64,000 bases of DNA from Schizosaccharomyces osmophilus (GCF_027921745.1 NC_079239.1:1860001-1924000); one strand, 5' to 3'. Counted from the first letter of the stretch, positions 12,275 to 26,238 are shown. The notes: generated by a model not told the origin, from the letters alone. Translations and numbers: made by a program.

Positions 12275-13356
12275 TGTTGAAATCTAATTTTTCAGTGGTA
12301 CGTCAATAACACAAAGGTAAGAATGAAAGCACCTTTTCACTATTATCAACTTTATTTTTACTACTGAAAATTGTAATAAAGATATATAAATTACTCTTAG
12401 CAAATAGGTGTTGTTCTAGGCAACTTTCTTTCACGGCCAAAATGAAATGCAATTGCCTTTCTCTCTCGAAGCACAAAACTACATATTCAATAGTTTAGAG
12501 TTAATCTGTTGAAACTACTTATAGTTACTACAAATGAAGCTAAAGTTGCAGCGTGAATACTTGGGTTACTTGGCTGTAAACCGATGTGTCAGCTAAAAAC
12601 TCGAATCATTAACAGATTCGAATGTGATCCTTTTCAATTTTCCAGAATATCTTTCATTGACGAGAAGCTGTATGTGATTTGGTGACAACTCTTGACTCCC
12701 AGTCGAAATGAATAAAGAAACAAGGGTAAACACATGTATGGAATTTTATCAATATTTGGAATCAATTCATAAGAAAAACGTCTTGTATGCTGTTAGAAAT
12801 TTAGAACAATAGTGCATGAAAGAATGCGATTTTCTATTAATGAACGGCATCTAATAAAGTTCATATAAACGAACGACAAAGCTGCTGCTTATGTACGTTT
12901 CATCTGCATCGCATTATGGCTAAACAGCTTTCGCTGAAGAAGCAACTATGATTCAGACAGTTTCTATTTTTCGGTAGTCAAGTTGAATATGAAATCCCGA
13001 AAACTACAAAAATGCGCCTTTCGATAAAACAAGTCTCTGAACAAGGAATCCTCAGCATGCTCACTATTAAAAATCATGAAAGTTGCAACCTAATTCTCTA
13101 TTATTCAAAGGTTCAAAACAAGAAAAGGATAAAGATAGACCTTGGAAGCAAAGTTCGCCATCTATTTAAAACCCGCGTGTATCAAAATTTGTTCTTATAG
13201 ACTAATATAACAGTACTTTACTATTCATTACAAGTCAGACTACCGTGAAGAAAGAGAAGACATCAGAAGATGCTTTGAAATTTTTGGGGCATAGAAATCA
13301 TAGAGAAAAAGAATTGATAAGATTACAAGGAGCTCATAAAAAAGAAGATGGAATAT

Positions 13357-14846
13357 TTATGCAAAGTATTGTAAAGTCTTTGACTTACGCATTTGCACTT
13401 CCAAAATGCCGTCCATAAAATGTTCATGAGTGATTTTGGTATCTCCTTGTCGAAGAGCAATCATACCGGCTTCTACACAGACACTCTTTAACATAGCACC
13501 GTTGTATTCATCAGTGCTTCTAGCCAATTCTTCCCAATTAATATCGTCAGCAATTGCCATTTTACGAGAATGGATACGCAAAATGCCAACACGGGCTTCT
13601 TCGTTTGGAAGTGGGAATTCGAGCTTACGATCTAAACGACCCGATCGTAACAAAGCAGGATCTAAGGTATCAACACGGTTGGTTGCAGCAACCACTTTGA
13701 CACGGTCATCGCTACTGAAACCATCGAGTTGATTCAAAAGCTCCAACATGGTTCTTTGAACTTCACGATCACCTGCTTTTTCGGAGTCGAAACGCTTCGT
13801 ACCAATGGCATCTAATTCATCAATAAATATAATAGCTGGACTTTTTTCTTTAGCCAAAGCGAACGCATCACGAACTAACTTTGCACCATCACCAATAAAC
13901 ATTTGGACGAGCTGTGGAGCAGCCAATTTTAAGAAGGTTGCATTGGACTGAGCAGCACAAGCACGGGCAAGTAAGGTTTTACCTGTACCTGGAGGACCGT
14001 ACATCAAACATCCCTTGGGAGGCTTAATACCCAAATTTTGAAACTTGTCGAATTGTTGCATAGGCAAAACAATTGCTTCAAACAACTCTTCAATCTGTTT
14101 TGATAAACCACCAATATCGGAGTAACGTTCAGTAGGTCTTTCGTCAACTTCCATAGCTTTCACACGACTATCATATTCCGAGGGCAACTTGTCAATAATT
14201 AAGTAGGAATCCTTATTTACACCTATCAAGTCACCAGGATGAAGTTCTTCGGGCTCAACAAGACCGATCAAGGGAAGGAAGATCGTTTGACGTGTTGATG
14301 TTTTGATGACAGCAGACTTGCCAACGCGGGTCTCTAAGTTTTGATTTGCTGATTCTTGTACCTCTTCTTCTTCGGATGGCATGTCCAAAATTTCTACTAC
14401 GTTACCAACCAAATACGGAAGCATCTTGTTATTCGCGACTTTTTCTTGGTTTTCTTTGGTTTTTTCGACCATCGTGCTTTTTTCGTGTGTTAATCTTTGA
14501 TACTCAGATTTCATAACCTATTGTGAGGTTAGCTTTCTTCTTTCACTTGCCATACGATATGTCAATAAAGGGACAATTTCGCTGGATGCTTTAATGAAGC
14601 AAATCAACAATATAGGATCATTTGAAAACTTTAAATGAAACAAATGACCGCCAGTTTACTTCCACATTACGTTTAGCCCTTTATACCACTTACTTTAATG
14701 TCATTTTCTAAGAGTCTTGTCCGACTGCTAAGTTCATCAGAATTGGCGTTTAGAATTTCTTGCTCAATTCCATCCATGGAATCATCATGGCTGGAATCTG
14801 CTTGCTGTGAGCGATTCAACGCGTCTAATTCCTCAAGTGTTGACAT
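13357..14846 (-). CDS. rpt5: 19S proteasome AAA ATPase Rpt5; intron 14518-14693
   Basis: Walker A GPPGTGKT, Walker B IIFIDE, HbYX C-terminus YFA; exon 1 MSTLEEL joined through a GTAAGT..CTAAC..TAG intron. Confidence 0.95.
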
Positions 14847-15160
14847 TGGTGTTCCGGTTAAGTTCACGTTTGTTCTTCAGGAGTCTTAGTAACCCAGAGG
14901 CACGAGCATTGGAATCTTAAACCCACATACTAATACAGTCTATTTTTATAAACATTTGTATATTTTTTACCTATGTATATAATTCTGCTTTATTCTTTAT
15001 ATATAGATTGTACGATGTTTGTTCATGCTATGCAAACTGCGTAGTATTAGGAGAAAGGATATCTTTAAAGATAGTATCAACAATTTTAAAAGTAAATTAT
15101 ATGTAATTTCAAATAAATAAGAAAGAAAAAACTTGAACATCGTACCCAAACTTTTCCAAC

Positions 15161-15185
15161 TTTTTTTTTTTTTTTTTTTTTTTTT
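15161..15185. repeat. Poly(dT) tract (~25 nt)
   Basis: Homopolymer run seen directly. Confidence 0.85.
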
Positions 15186-15492
15186 AACCATCCATTTGTT
15201 TACTTGGTTGTAAACAAAAAATTCCAATTTACCACACGAAATTTACTGATCCCCATTCCATGCGTACTATTTTTCGTTTTTCATTTTTATTTTCTATTTC
15301 ATTCTAATTATTGGCGACGTCTTCAGGATAATTGTGCGATAATTCTTTGCTATAAAGGCATTTTATGTTACTGAACGTCAATATGGAGCGTTCGTCAAAC
15401 CAAATCAAACTAATATATTTTTTTTTACATATAAATGTATGTAAAAAGGCCATTCAGCACAAAAATGTTGTTAAAGACGAACAAAAATAGAA

Positions 15493-15573
15493 CGACCACG
15501 GCGAGATTTGCACTCGCGATCTTTGGCGAATCCTCAACCGGAAACCAACGCCTTACTTCTAGGCCACGAGGCC
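15493..15573 (-). tRNA. tRNA-Arg(CCG) with 9-nt intron (15529-15537)
   Basis: Minus strand GGCCTCG TG GCCT AGAAGTA AGGC G TTGGT TT CCG G [TTGAGGATT] C GCCAA AGATC GCGAG TGCAAAT CTCGC CGTGGTC G folds into a cloverleaf with the intron after position 37; a T5 Pol III terminator follows. Confidence 0.85.
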
Positions 15574-16254
15574 GCTCTATCGTTTAAGGAATAATTTACA
15601 TTTATGTAGTATAGTAATATCGCTATATGGATTATAGCGAATAGTTAACAAGAATACAAGCTTTGTAGAGGAAATACTGGATTCACAATGGTTTCTTTTT
15701 AAACTTTTCTCTAAATTTATACTAAAAGCTGTGTCTCCTCATCATACCATTCGTTTTTCGCATTTTGTTTTTGGGTATCAGATGGACTTGGCTATAGTAA
15801 ACAAGGGTACTAGGCAATTTATCTATGACAGTACGATCATTGGATTCTTTGTAAGTTTCAAGGCTAATTAAAATCCTTAACAATTGGTGATGTTCATTAC
15901 AATCCTCTTTTCATGATTTTAGCTTTCCTATGGAAGCAACCAAGGGAGAGTGTAGACTGAAGTAACTACCCTGGATGCACCAATCTTATAAAAATCCTTT
16001 TAATTCTAATAGTAATTGTAAAGTAAATTGAATTTTTACTCTATTTACTTATTTATCTCTTTGTTTAGAAAGGCATATTCTAATCTGATGAATGCTTAAA
16101 TGCTTCCATGTACTTGCTCCCAAATAGTTATAAAAAGAAAAAACCTCGATAGTATCATATTCCACAAAGCTCTGAGTTCTACGTAGGTAGAGACCCCAAA
16201 CCAATTCTTGTATTAAATTTTAGAGGAGGAAACCGGTTGAACCATAAGTAAAAA

Positions 16255-16791
16255 ATGGAAGATCTAGCTAGGAAGTATCAAGAACAACAAAGCGGTATGA
16301 TTTCAGCTTAAGAATACTGACTCACAATTTAATTAGAGTTGACAGGATATGTTGAATCGATAAAAAAGCTCGAAGCACAGTTACAAGAAAATACTAGTGT
16401 TTATAATGTATGTTCATTTCGATCGAACAGCTGAAGCGGCTGAGGTGTCGAGAAACAAAATTCAAAGAGCTAACATTAGTAGGAATTAGACAGAATAGAC
16501 AGCGACTCCAATATATACAAGCAAATCGGACCCACCCTTGTTAAGCAATCCCAAGAGGAGGCAAAGACGAACGTTCAGACTAGACTTGATTTTATCAAGA
16601 AAGAAATGTATGTTTTTATCTTTTTCATGCTCTAAAGCGGTCGCAAAGGGAAGGGGTTCATTCAAGCTAACGCATTTAGTGCTCGTGTGGAAAAGCAAAT
16701 TGAAAGTTCAAAGGTGGAATTTGCCAAGCTCAAGACTGCTATCGTTCAAGCACAAACCGAAGCAGCTTCCAAAGCAAATGCTTCCTCTTAA
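16255..16791 (+). CDS. gim1: Prefoldin subunit 6 (4 exons: 16255-16294, 16337-16407, 16483-16607, 16680-16791); not in ORF track
   Basis: Manual splicing gives [85 protein letters not shown]..., a typical PFDN6; all three introns have GTATG donors, branch sites and TAG acceptors. Confidence 0.9.
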
Positions 16792-16823
16792 ATAAAAAGG
16801 AATCATTATAAATATTATTCACA

Positions 16824-19382
16824 TTATGTACCAAATGACATCGACTCACGATTCTTCATCATGGGTCCTAACCTCGTATCATTTACCTTCTTTGCAAACC
16901 GTAAACTATTCAGGGTATCCATTATCTGAGACTTTAGCGGCGAAACATTGACAAACATAAGTGTTTTTGCATTTTCTCCTAAAGCATATCGCAATAAATA
17001 AGTAAGCTATCATATAGTTAGTATCTATCATTTCATCATACGCGAAATCATTACACCTACCTTGGAATTTCTATAAGGTATATGGTTTTTTCCTTTACCA
17101 GAAACATAAGCTGCAACTCCAAGTGCATGAATAACATCTCCCAAACAACTCAAACTTTTATTTATAGCTTGGGTTTCTCGTAAACGTTCTCCTTCTGCTT
17201 GGCTAAAACTTAAACGCTCGGATCCAGCCAAATCAACTAAATTTAGCGTTCCTCGGCAAACCTGATTCATGCTTTCATTCCATCCATCAATGTATAGCGT
17301 AAAGACAGTGTGAGACCGTGAGGAACGTTCGTTAGCTTTCGTAGCAGCGATAAAACGGTTTTCCGCTGCTTTTCCCAACATCTTGTAGACCATATCTTCA
17401 TCCTCAAAATCTATCACTCTTACATTATCCACAGTTGTGCGTCGCTCTCTTTCATCATGATGAATGTCATGCTTTTGTTGTTGCATCAAGCCATTTTTGT
17501 CCAATAAGTCATAAATCTTTTCATTATAAATCTCTAAAAATTGCCCTTGTAGCTTATAGTTCCACCCCTTTTCCTTAAGTAGCTCGATGTACTCAAAGAT
17601 CTGCTTTACAGCTCGAGTTACCATACCATCATTCGACAACATGGTATAGGACTTTCCGGATCCAGTTTGCCCATAAGCAAAGATACTCACATTATACCCA
17701 TCAATAGCACTTTGGACTAGATGAGTGATTTCTTGAAATACAGATTCATTCGTAGCTTCTGGAGAAAATACTCGGTCAAAAGAAAAAAAATAGTTTTTAT
17801 CATGTACATGACCAAGAGACGACTCTACAGTAGGTCCTTTAAGTAATAATTCCCGAGGCTCTAAAGAATGACTATCTGGGTAATGAAAGACTGACTCAAT
17901 CTCTTCCGATTTTTTTCGTTCGCGAGGTAAGAAGGGCCGGATTCTACAAAAGACACGAATATTTCCTTTTAATTCTTGAATGGTGTTGTGTAGTTGCCGT
18001 CGAAGAGACTCCTCAGCAAAAAGTTTTCTAGATAATGATTCATTCGATTTTGTTAGTTCGTACACTTTATACTCGAATTCGGAAGAAGTATGACCTTTGT
18101 CGTTTACCATCTGTTGGTTTTCTTTCAAAAGCATGTTGAGCTTGTCGGCTTCATCTAGAGCCATCAAATGTTCTTTCTTTTTTTCGGATAACTGTTTGCT
18201 CGTTCGGTCCAATTCTACTTGAATTTCATCTAGTTCTCTTTGTTTAGTGGAAATCTTCGCTTCCATCATTTGCTGATACCGGTTAAATTCGGTATTTTTC
18301 TCAGAAAGCAGAGATTCATAGTATCCTTTGCTACTATTTTCTTGTAATCGCGCCTCTTCTTTCCTCTTCTCAAAGTAAACCACGTTTTCTTGAAGCTGTG
18401 CCTGGTATGCCTTTTTTAAATCAAAGATCCTTATGGAGAAACCTTTCTGCATTTCCTCAAACGAATGCTTGTATTCCGCAATAATGTTCACAATTTGTTC
18501 ACGCACACTAACAATTTGCTGCTGCAGCTCGCGCTCCAATTTTTTTCGGCCCTTTCCTTCATGATGCTTTATATTTCCAAGCTCTCCTTGAAGTTTTGCC
18601 AATTGGACATCCTTGTCGTTTAACAATCCACGAAGGGTTTTGATTCGTGACTCATAAACATCATCTTTTTCTGAAATTTGAGCTGTAAGCGTGTTTACTA
18701 AAAAAATGGTCAGCAGATTTCTTTTCAACTAGTTGTGAACGTACATAAGCCTTTATCTCTTTCCAAGCTTTCTAGGAGTAACTGTAATTCTGATTGATGG
18801 CTTTTATCTTTCTCAGCTAGGGAATATGTTGCTTCAGAATATCTTTCTTTCAAGTTCCAATAAGCAGACTCTAAATCATGAACTTGATCCTTATCAAGCA
18901 AAGACGAAGTATTCATGAATGACTCTCTAGATACCTCTACTACAGTAGCAGTATTCTCCTTGATCTGATTTATTTTTCGAATAGTCCTAGAGGCTTCCAA
19001 GGGATTATGGCCGTTGTTACCAGTTAATGCTTTGTGAGACTCCAGCATCATCCGTATTTTTTCTAGCCATTCCACTTTATCATCAGATGGCTGTTTCGAC
19101 TTCCTTTCGTCTTTAACAATTGGATTCGTCTTTCTGAGCTGACTAGCACCGTTCAATTTCTTGATTCCCGAGTCTGTGTGTGATGTTGGATTGTGTTCTT
19201 GCAAAGATAAAGGTTTCAATTGTTTCCTTCTAAGATGATTTGCATCTTCGGTCCCATCAACGACTTCCCTCCCAGCCTGCTTTCGTTTCCTTAAATAAGC
19301 ACTCGATGAAAAAGCGGCTGCATTCTTAAGAAAGTTAGCTAGGAGTTTTCAAGAAAGGAGAATTCATTACCTCAATTACCAT
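16824..19382 (-). CDS. pkl1: Kinesin-14 with C-terminal motor (3 introns at about 19325-19370, 18.70-18.75 kb and 17.01-17.06 kb)
   Basis: Coiled-coil stalk, then [41 protein letters not shown]; last exon [26 protein letters not shown] at 16824; exon 1 MVIE. Confidence 0.9.
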
Positions 19383-19600
19383 TTCATGGATTCAAACGAA
19401 AGAAAAGGGAAAACAGACCTGCCAATTTCTTTTGCTTCCTTTCACTCTTTCCTTACTGTTGTTTTCTCAAAGTTCTCCTATGGTTTAAAGAGTTGCAGTG
19501 AAGATAGTTTGAATGATTTTTAGGGTACTTCTTTTTAGTTCGTTAAAGCTCACCACCAAGGAAGGGTGGGACACATGCTAGATTCTCTTGGTTTGAGCAC

Positions 19601-20679
19601 ATGAGTATTGAATTTGTGAATTGGCCAGATTCATATTACATTGGCATTGATGGGTGCTTTTACCCTTCAAACCGTCTGAACGGAGTAAAGAATTTCCGCG
19701 TTGGACTTCATCTTATAACCTGGACACCTTCCAATGGTGTGGGCTTAGTATCTGGGGCGTTCTTTTACATTTCGAAACCTTGTGCTTATACACTTACATA
19801 CGATACGTTGTCAGAGAATGCATTGCTTGAGGAGATCGACTGTGTCTATGATGACAAGTTTTACAATTATACCTGCGTTGATAATTGGGATTACTTGGTG
19901 AGATTCATCCAGGAAAAGCATTTGCAAAGGATATTTCAAAGCGAGATATCAATTTTTACAATGGATACTTCTACTTATGCAAACACAGATTTGAAGCTGA
20001 ATGAATCGCAGCTTTTTCAGCCTTCAGAGAAAGATACTATATTACAATTCACGAAATTTGATGTTAGAAAAAGCTGGTCTCCGACTTCCGTAGGCTCCGA
20101 AAGGTCTTTGCAAGCTATTGACAAAAGTTTTATGTATCAACGACTTGTACAATTTGCTTGGCACGGTGAGCTTGATTCGGCGCTAGCTGAGTACTCATTT
20201 GCCTACCTTGCATACGCTTTTTTTTCTCATTACGCAGCATTATTGCATTGGAAAAACTTTTTGGAGATGCTATTGCAGTCTTATACATTGGCTGAAACAG
20301 AGCCAGAGTATTACTCTACTTTTCTTGGTATGTATTTCTATGCCAAAAGAGCCCTGCTAATAAAAACTATATAGGCTTGTTTCAAGTGCAAATCGAGAAA
20401 CTGCATGATCGTGACATAGAAACTTCAGCTCTTTTTGAGAAAAATTTTATGCAGTCCTTACTGGAAAACCTATTGGAACGCAAGTCAGACAACAGCTTTT
20501 CGCTCCAAGTCAACGAGGCTTTAGAAAATCTGGTGAATGCTGTTTCGAACATAGTCAACATACAGGAATTTCCAGAAGACGCTACTACAGATGATCCTAA
20601 TGCTGCTATTGATTACGACCAGGAAGTACATGAATTTGGGCAATATGTGATAGATGATTTTGATAATGATAGTAATTAA
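19601..20679 (+). CDS. aar2: U5 snRNP assembly factor Aar2 (intron about 20328-20374)
   Basis: N-terminal IGIDG..GVK..GLH pattern, DKS and LAEYSFAY..WK AAR2-type motifs; GTATGT..CTAAT..TAG intron joins the two ORFs; recalled synteny. Confidence 0.75.
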
Positions 20680-20876
20680 ATTTGATATGAGATTTCTATT
20701 CATTGTGTTCTGCTACTTTCTTATTTTCGATTTACTTTACTTTATTCTTACGGCTTAGTCTATTAATATCAAATGAAGTTTCTTGTTATGTTTCTATAAA
20801 AGAAAACCAAATAGACGTCGAGGACTTTGTCCAAACCAGCCAAACAAATAGTATGACAAACAAGGGACGAAAGTGC

Positions 20877-21296
20877 TCACAGTCTGCGACCACGACGACC
20901 ACCCTTTCTGCGGGTAGAGTCGGTAGGGATGGGAGTAACATCCTCAATACGACCAATGCGCATACCGGCACGGGCTAAAGCACGCAAAGCGGCTTGAGCA
21001 CCGGGACCAGGAGTCTTAGTAGCAGTACCACCGGTAGCACGAATCTTGATGTGAAGAGCGGTAACACCAACTTCCTTACACTTGACAGCAGCGTCTTGAG
21101 CGGCTAACATAGCAGCGTAAGGAGAAGACTCGTCACGATCAGTCTTGACCTTCATACCACCGGTGACACGGGTAATAGTTTCCTTACCGGTCAAATCGGT
21201 GATATGGACGAAGGTATCATTGAAAGAAGCATAGATATGTGCAACACCAAACACGAGCTCACCAGAGCGAACTTGAGGCCCAACGTTAGTAGCCAT
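20877..21296 (-). CDS. rps14: 40S ribosomal protein S14 (uS11)
   Basis: [16 protein letters not shown]...[14 protein letters not shown]. Confidence 0.98.
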   Translation of the reverse strand: MATNVGPQVRSGELVFGVAHIYASFNDTFVHITDLTGKETITRVTGGMKVKTDRDESSPYAAMLAAQDAAVKCKEVGVTALHIKIRATGGTATKTPGPGAQAALRALARAGMRIGRIEDVTPIPTDSTRRKGGRRGRRL

Positions 21297-21378
21297 TTTT
21301 CTGTTGTTGCCGTTTCAAGATCTGTTAGGCACTCCGCAGGTTTATCTGTCTGCGTTTCCTCAACAAGTACACTAGCAA

Positions 21379-21403
21379 CAGTCACAAAAGTATAGGGTAG
21401 GGT
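21379..21403. promoter_or_regulatory. Homol D box and Homol E box of the rps14 promoter
   Basis: Exact CAGTCACA at 21379-21386 and exact AGGGTAGGGT at 21394-21403. Confidence 0.85.
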
Positions 21404-21675
21404 TAACTGCAGTACAAATCTTAAAGGGTATAAGCGAATTCGCTTAATATTAATGTAGTAAGAATACTGACTTATGCAGTCGTTTGAACTTTGAAAGGCA
21501 CTTGGGTTTTAACTTATAAATGAATTCATTAAATATGTATTTCTCAGTTATATTCTAGTATAATTGTAAATTAAAACAAGACTGCCATATGGACTGAAAC
21601 GAAGGTAATCAAAAATAAATGATGGTAGGAAAACAAAAACAGGGGTATTATGAAACTTCATTAATTATCACTTGT

Positions 21676-24600
21676 TCAAGAAGAAAAAATGCTTGCCATA
21701 TCCACAAATTCACGAGCATTATTGTTCATGAACTTAGATAGACTGTTGCTCAGAGCATTGCATCGCAGAATGCCGTTGCGTGTTGCGCCGTTTGTATTTT
21801 GTACAGCTTTCAGAATAAACTTGATTTGATTGTAAAGCATCTTATCATTATACTCAAAAGCCATATTTCCCCGGCAATTGCCATTGCAACACCGTTTCCC
21901 GTAGACGTTCATCTGTCTAGTTCGATTTCCACACGAAGAGTCATCACATACTAAAACACCTTCATAATAAAGGTTTATAAAATACCGAATTTGGGTAGTA
22001 AATTGCAGAACGATCATAAACGTGGGATATTCAAAGCCGCAATCACATTCGACTGTATTTACAAATAACGTTTCTTGGATTGATTTAACATTAGGCATCG
22101 TAAACGAGATTGCAAAACAACTCGGACATCTCAAAACCATAGGTGAAACATTCGTAAACCTTTGGTCATCCGATAAAGTGCTTTCGTATCTCTCAAAAGC
22201 TGATGACTCTGATGCTTCATAGGTATAGTACTTTTTAGGATCCAATCCTAAACATTCAGCCAAACGGGCGCGGTTGGTGCCTTCTATCGGGGCGATAACT
22301 CTTTCAACTGGAGGAAGAATTTGATGTGTCAGATAATAATTATAATCTACAATCAAATTGTTACTTGGATTCATAACATCTTGGGGACTGTAAGCACGAT
22401 CAGCAGGATGCCCTTCTGAGTCTGAGCCTGTAATAATAAAAGGGATTACATCGCCAACGCGCGCATTTTCTCCTCTAGCTTTCTTTTTTAACGCTACCTG
22501 TACAAACGGCATCGTTTTACCATTTGGATAATCTTCAGGGTTTTTGCCGAGACGATTAAAGATAATAAATTTGTTGGCTGTAAATTTCCCACTCTTCATT
22601 TGATCAGCGAATTCAGAAAGATAGATGTGTATGTTGCTGACGACTGTCTCTGAAAGCTCACCAGATAAAATCTGATCTAAGCAGTACTTACTAGCTTCTT
22701 TCGCAAGCATACAATACTCTCGACGCTTCATATCAAGACCTTTAACATCCAAAACCGAATTTCCTTGATCATCAACTTGTAAAGCTGCGTATTTTTTCTT
22801 AGCATGTAGTAACATACGCTGGTAGACATTGTCAACGTCGATTTCTAACTTCCTGTACCTTTCATTCACCTTTTCCTTGAATTCATTACCGATTATAAGA
22901 GCTTGCTGCTTATCTGTAACGTTCGTATTGAGCATGACAGAATCTGTATCACCGTAAATAACTTGTAATCCCATAGCGTCAGCAAGTTCCTTTGTGTTCA
23001 TTAAAGCTTCCCTTCCTTTATAAGTAATTAGAACAGCTAGAGGTCTAGCATAGAAACGAGATTTAGTGTAACCTAAACATCCATACATTGAATTCGCCGT
23101 CAGCTTAAGGGCTTGCTGTTGAATATCCCATTGTAATAGCTGAGTTGGAGTGGCCGTTTTGTCTTTTAACAGGCCTTTAATTAATCTACGGCGATCAACC
23201 AAATTTGCGATTAGACGAGGGAAGATTCCCTGTTCACTTGAAGCAGTAGGAACATCGGGAATTTGGTCTTCACCATCTTTAGTAGAAGAAGAACGTTGCA
23301 CAGTAGTAAAGCAGATGTTGTACTCCTGAATAATACTAGGGTACAAACTGTTAAAATCCATAACTAGTATACACGTATCATATAGCCCTTTCTGAGGCTC
23401 AAAAACCAAACCACCTTTATATTTATCTTTTTTCTTTCCAGGTGTTTCTTCTTGAAACTCCGAATCTTCCAAGTCAAGGATGTCAACGTTCCGTTTGGTA
23501 TTATACTGTTTATCCGGAACAATATAACCATTTTTCTTAAACTCGTGCAAAAGAATGAATTCGTTTCTTTCGGCTCGGGTACCAGCCAAAGTCCTAGCCC
23601 ATGAGTTACCGGCTATATTAGTCAGATTTTTTGATAGTTGCAACATTTGCACCTGGAAACCAACAGCAGCGATAAAGTAAGTGTCAATTTCACAATGCGT
23701 AACATAATCAAGCAATCCACGAGCTGTATCGGTCCACGACTGCAAAGCCTTTTCTTGATTGATATCCTGTCTTTTAATGTTGAGTTCTTTTTGAACGATC
23801 TCGGATAAGCTCCAAGATTGGACTTTAATCATAGATCTTCCAAAGTCATTGGAAAGATCACTGATTAATCTTCCGCATGCTATTTGTCTTTCCACAAATT
23901 GTAGACTACTCCTGTTATAAGAGCGTGGCCAATCACCTCGACGAAGACGCCCAATGCTATGCCAGTTATGAATTTTACGGTCTTTCAACCTTGAAAGTAG
24001 GACTGAGTACATAGTTTCGAAGTCATGACTAACATAAACATCTGGATCGTAATCCTGTACCTTATTTAAGAATGAATTTAATAAAGAAATCTCAGACCTT
24101 TCACAATAAATCGGAGGTTTATGGTTGCGCGTGATACTTTCAAAACCGTTAGGAAAAATCTGTTTTAGAGGACGAATAATGGTAAATGTAAAAGATGGCA
24201 TATCATTAGCTGAAAGCCCCCGATCAATATGAACATTTTCGTAAACTCTAGCACTAATCATAACCATTTCCTGTTTGTTTGATGCGGAATTTATAAGAGT
24301 GCGAAAAGCCAGACTCATCACAGTTAGAGGAGGCGTTTGAGGTAATTTGGACTCATTTGTTACTGAAATTCCATGAGCAGAAGAACAGCCGACTTCAACA
24401 CGGCACCAGCTAGCATTGCGTACAGAATCAAAATTTGGGTTTTGAATCTTTAACCAACAAGGTCCCATAACTCTTCGAGTGAGGACAAACTGTTCAAACA
24501 ACGAAGTATTTGTACCAAATACATGAGAAAAGGTATTGCCTTTTAGATCAGAAGGAAATTGAGGGTAAGAATAGGAATATAGGACTTCTAAATAATCAGT

Positions 24601-25997
24601 TTCCTTTGGAATATCATCTAACTCGAACGCATACTTATACTTGCTAACTTTGGATTTCCATTCCTTTACACCTAATTTGGAAAGAAATCCTGAGACTTCA
24701 TCATATACTTTTTTCTGCTGGTCCGAAGAAGATAAAGATTGTCCATTTGAGGCAGCAGGTAAAAAGAATAAAGAACGCATAATACCATCAACTTTAAGGA
24801 ATGTAGAGACGAAGCTCTTGGACTTTTTATCATAAACCTTTCCAAAAAGACAGAGGCTACCATATATTTCCGTATAGTCCAACCAAAAAAAATTCAAAGA
24901 CCCATCATCTTCTACGACATCACTGGGAGAGATGCAATGGCTTTTGTTGACAGCCGGAGGATCAAGGACTTCCAAATTGTGTAGGTGAGAGTTAAGTTCT
25001 GTAAAAGCTGAAGTGTCTAACTCGGACGACAAGGGTGGTGCAAACGAAGATGGAAGGTTAGATATAGCTGGAAGAATCGGTTCCTTTATTGGATTATTCA
25101 AAATAGGGGCTGCGCTTTCATCTGGAACCGAAACTTCGTCTTCTTCCATCTGGTTGGAATCTTCTGGTTTTTCTGGAAGCACTGGTTCCAGATCGAGATC
25201 GTCACTAAAGTTTTCTTTATCATCAGCAAGAACTAAAGAACTTGGAACTGGTGCATCTTCAGCAGTTTGAGACTGATGAGCTGTTAAAGAACGAAAAGAT
25301 TCATTTTCCGTTGTCGATGGTGATGGCGTTTGCATAACATCTAGGTTTGAAAAAAGGTTTGTAGACGCTGTTTTAGCGACGCCTACAGTCGCTTGTGCTT
25401 TACCCTTCGAAAGCTTACTTTTGGTAGACGGCGCATCCGTGAGATCCTGATCGACTGAACCCAAAATTTGAGCCATAAAATCATCATCATTATTGGATTG
25501 ATGCTTCAGACTATGATTGCTTGGCTGAATGGGCTTGGCTTTGAAAAATGAGCTAATAGGCTGACTGTTGTTGTCTGCTAAAGCATGCTTGGTTTCTTTT
25601 CATACGTTAGTACACTCAATTCGTAAATTAGATTTATACAAAGGACAATAATTCCATGCTAAATGGGGCATCGGAATCCGGTATATGGCAACTTACTTTT
25701 CTTCCTTGGCTTCTTCGACCCTGTTTCTTCAGTTTCCTCTTCATCGTCACTGTAACCTCGGTCCCATTCATCATAACCATTGTCAACGTATCCAGCTCCG
25801 TTATCGTCTACTACAAAGTCATCTTGATCTAAACGCTGTCGAACAACCTTCAAGTATTCTTCTTCTGAGACTTTATCATATAAATCATCTTCCTCTTTGT
25901 CCTCATAAACGGTAGCTCTAGTTTTTCCAGCTTCACGTAAGGCACGAAGTTCAGCAAATTTCGAGGTCGGTTTTACTGCCGCATTTCTTTTTCGCAT
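21676..25997 (-). CDS. pol1: DNA polymerase alpha catalytic subunit (intron about 25598-25696)
   Basis: Family B motifs [19 protein letters not shown] and YGDTDS; C-terminal Zn fingers; N-terminal exon with [14 protein letters not shown]. Confidence 0.96.
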
Positions 25998-26093
25998 GAT
26001 CTTCCCTTTTACGACCTAAATGATTAAGAGTTTCCAATAGTAAATTTTTACGGTGTCAGCGTCTGCCCTTGGTTCTTTATTTTTGAATGATTG

Positions 26094-26137
26094 AACGCGC
26101 CGAGATATGCTCCTGGATGTAAACAATAAGGTCGCGT
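26094..26137. promoter_or_regulatory. MCB-like (ACGCG) and forkhead (GTAAACAA) sites in the pol1 promoter
   Basis: AACGCGC at about 26094, GTAAACAA at 26119-26126 and CGCGT at 26133-26137; imperfect matches to ACGCGT. Confidence 0.4.
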
Positions 26138-26211
26138 CTATATTGTACCTATTTATCGTTCTCTAGCGTTAAAGCTTCTTAAGGTAGGTCTAATTGTCTT
26201 CCTCGGTATGT

Positions 26212-26238
26212 AGGGTAGGGCTTTTGAAAACAGTCACG
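26212..26238 (+). promoter_or_regulatory. Homol E and Homol D boxes of the rpl7 promoter
   Basis: AGGGTAGGG at 26212-26220 and CAGTCACG at 26231-26238, about 50 nt before the ATG. Confidence 0.8.

Noticed and set aside
12275..13356. Possible remnant of the aldo-keto/pyridoxal reductase recalled at this position in S. pombe
   Set aside because: No recognisable AKR motifs by eye; cannot be supported without a translated search.
17028..19219. Split ORFs in pkl1 (also aar2, pol1, dipeptidase, mvp1) read as frameshifts or pseudogenes
   Set aside because: Each break has canonical GT..branch..AG intron signals consistent with normal splicing.
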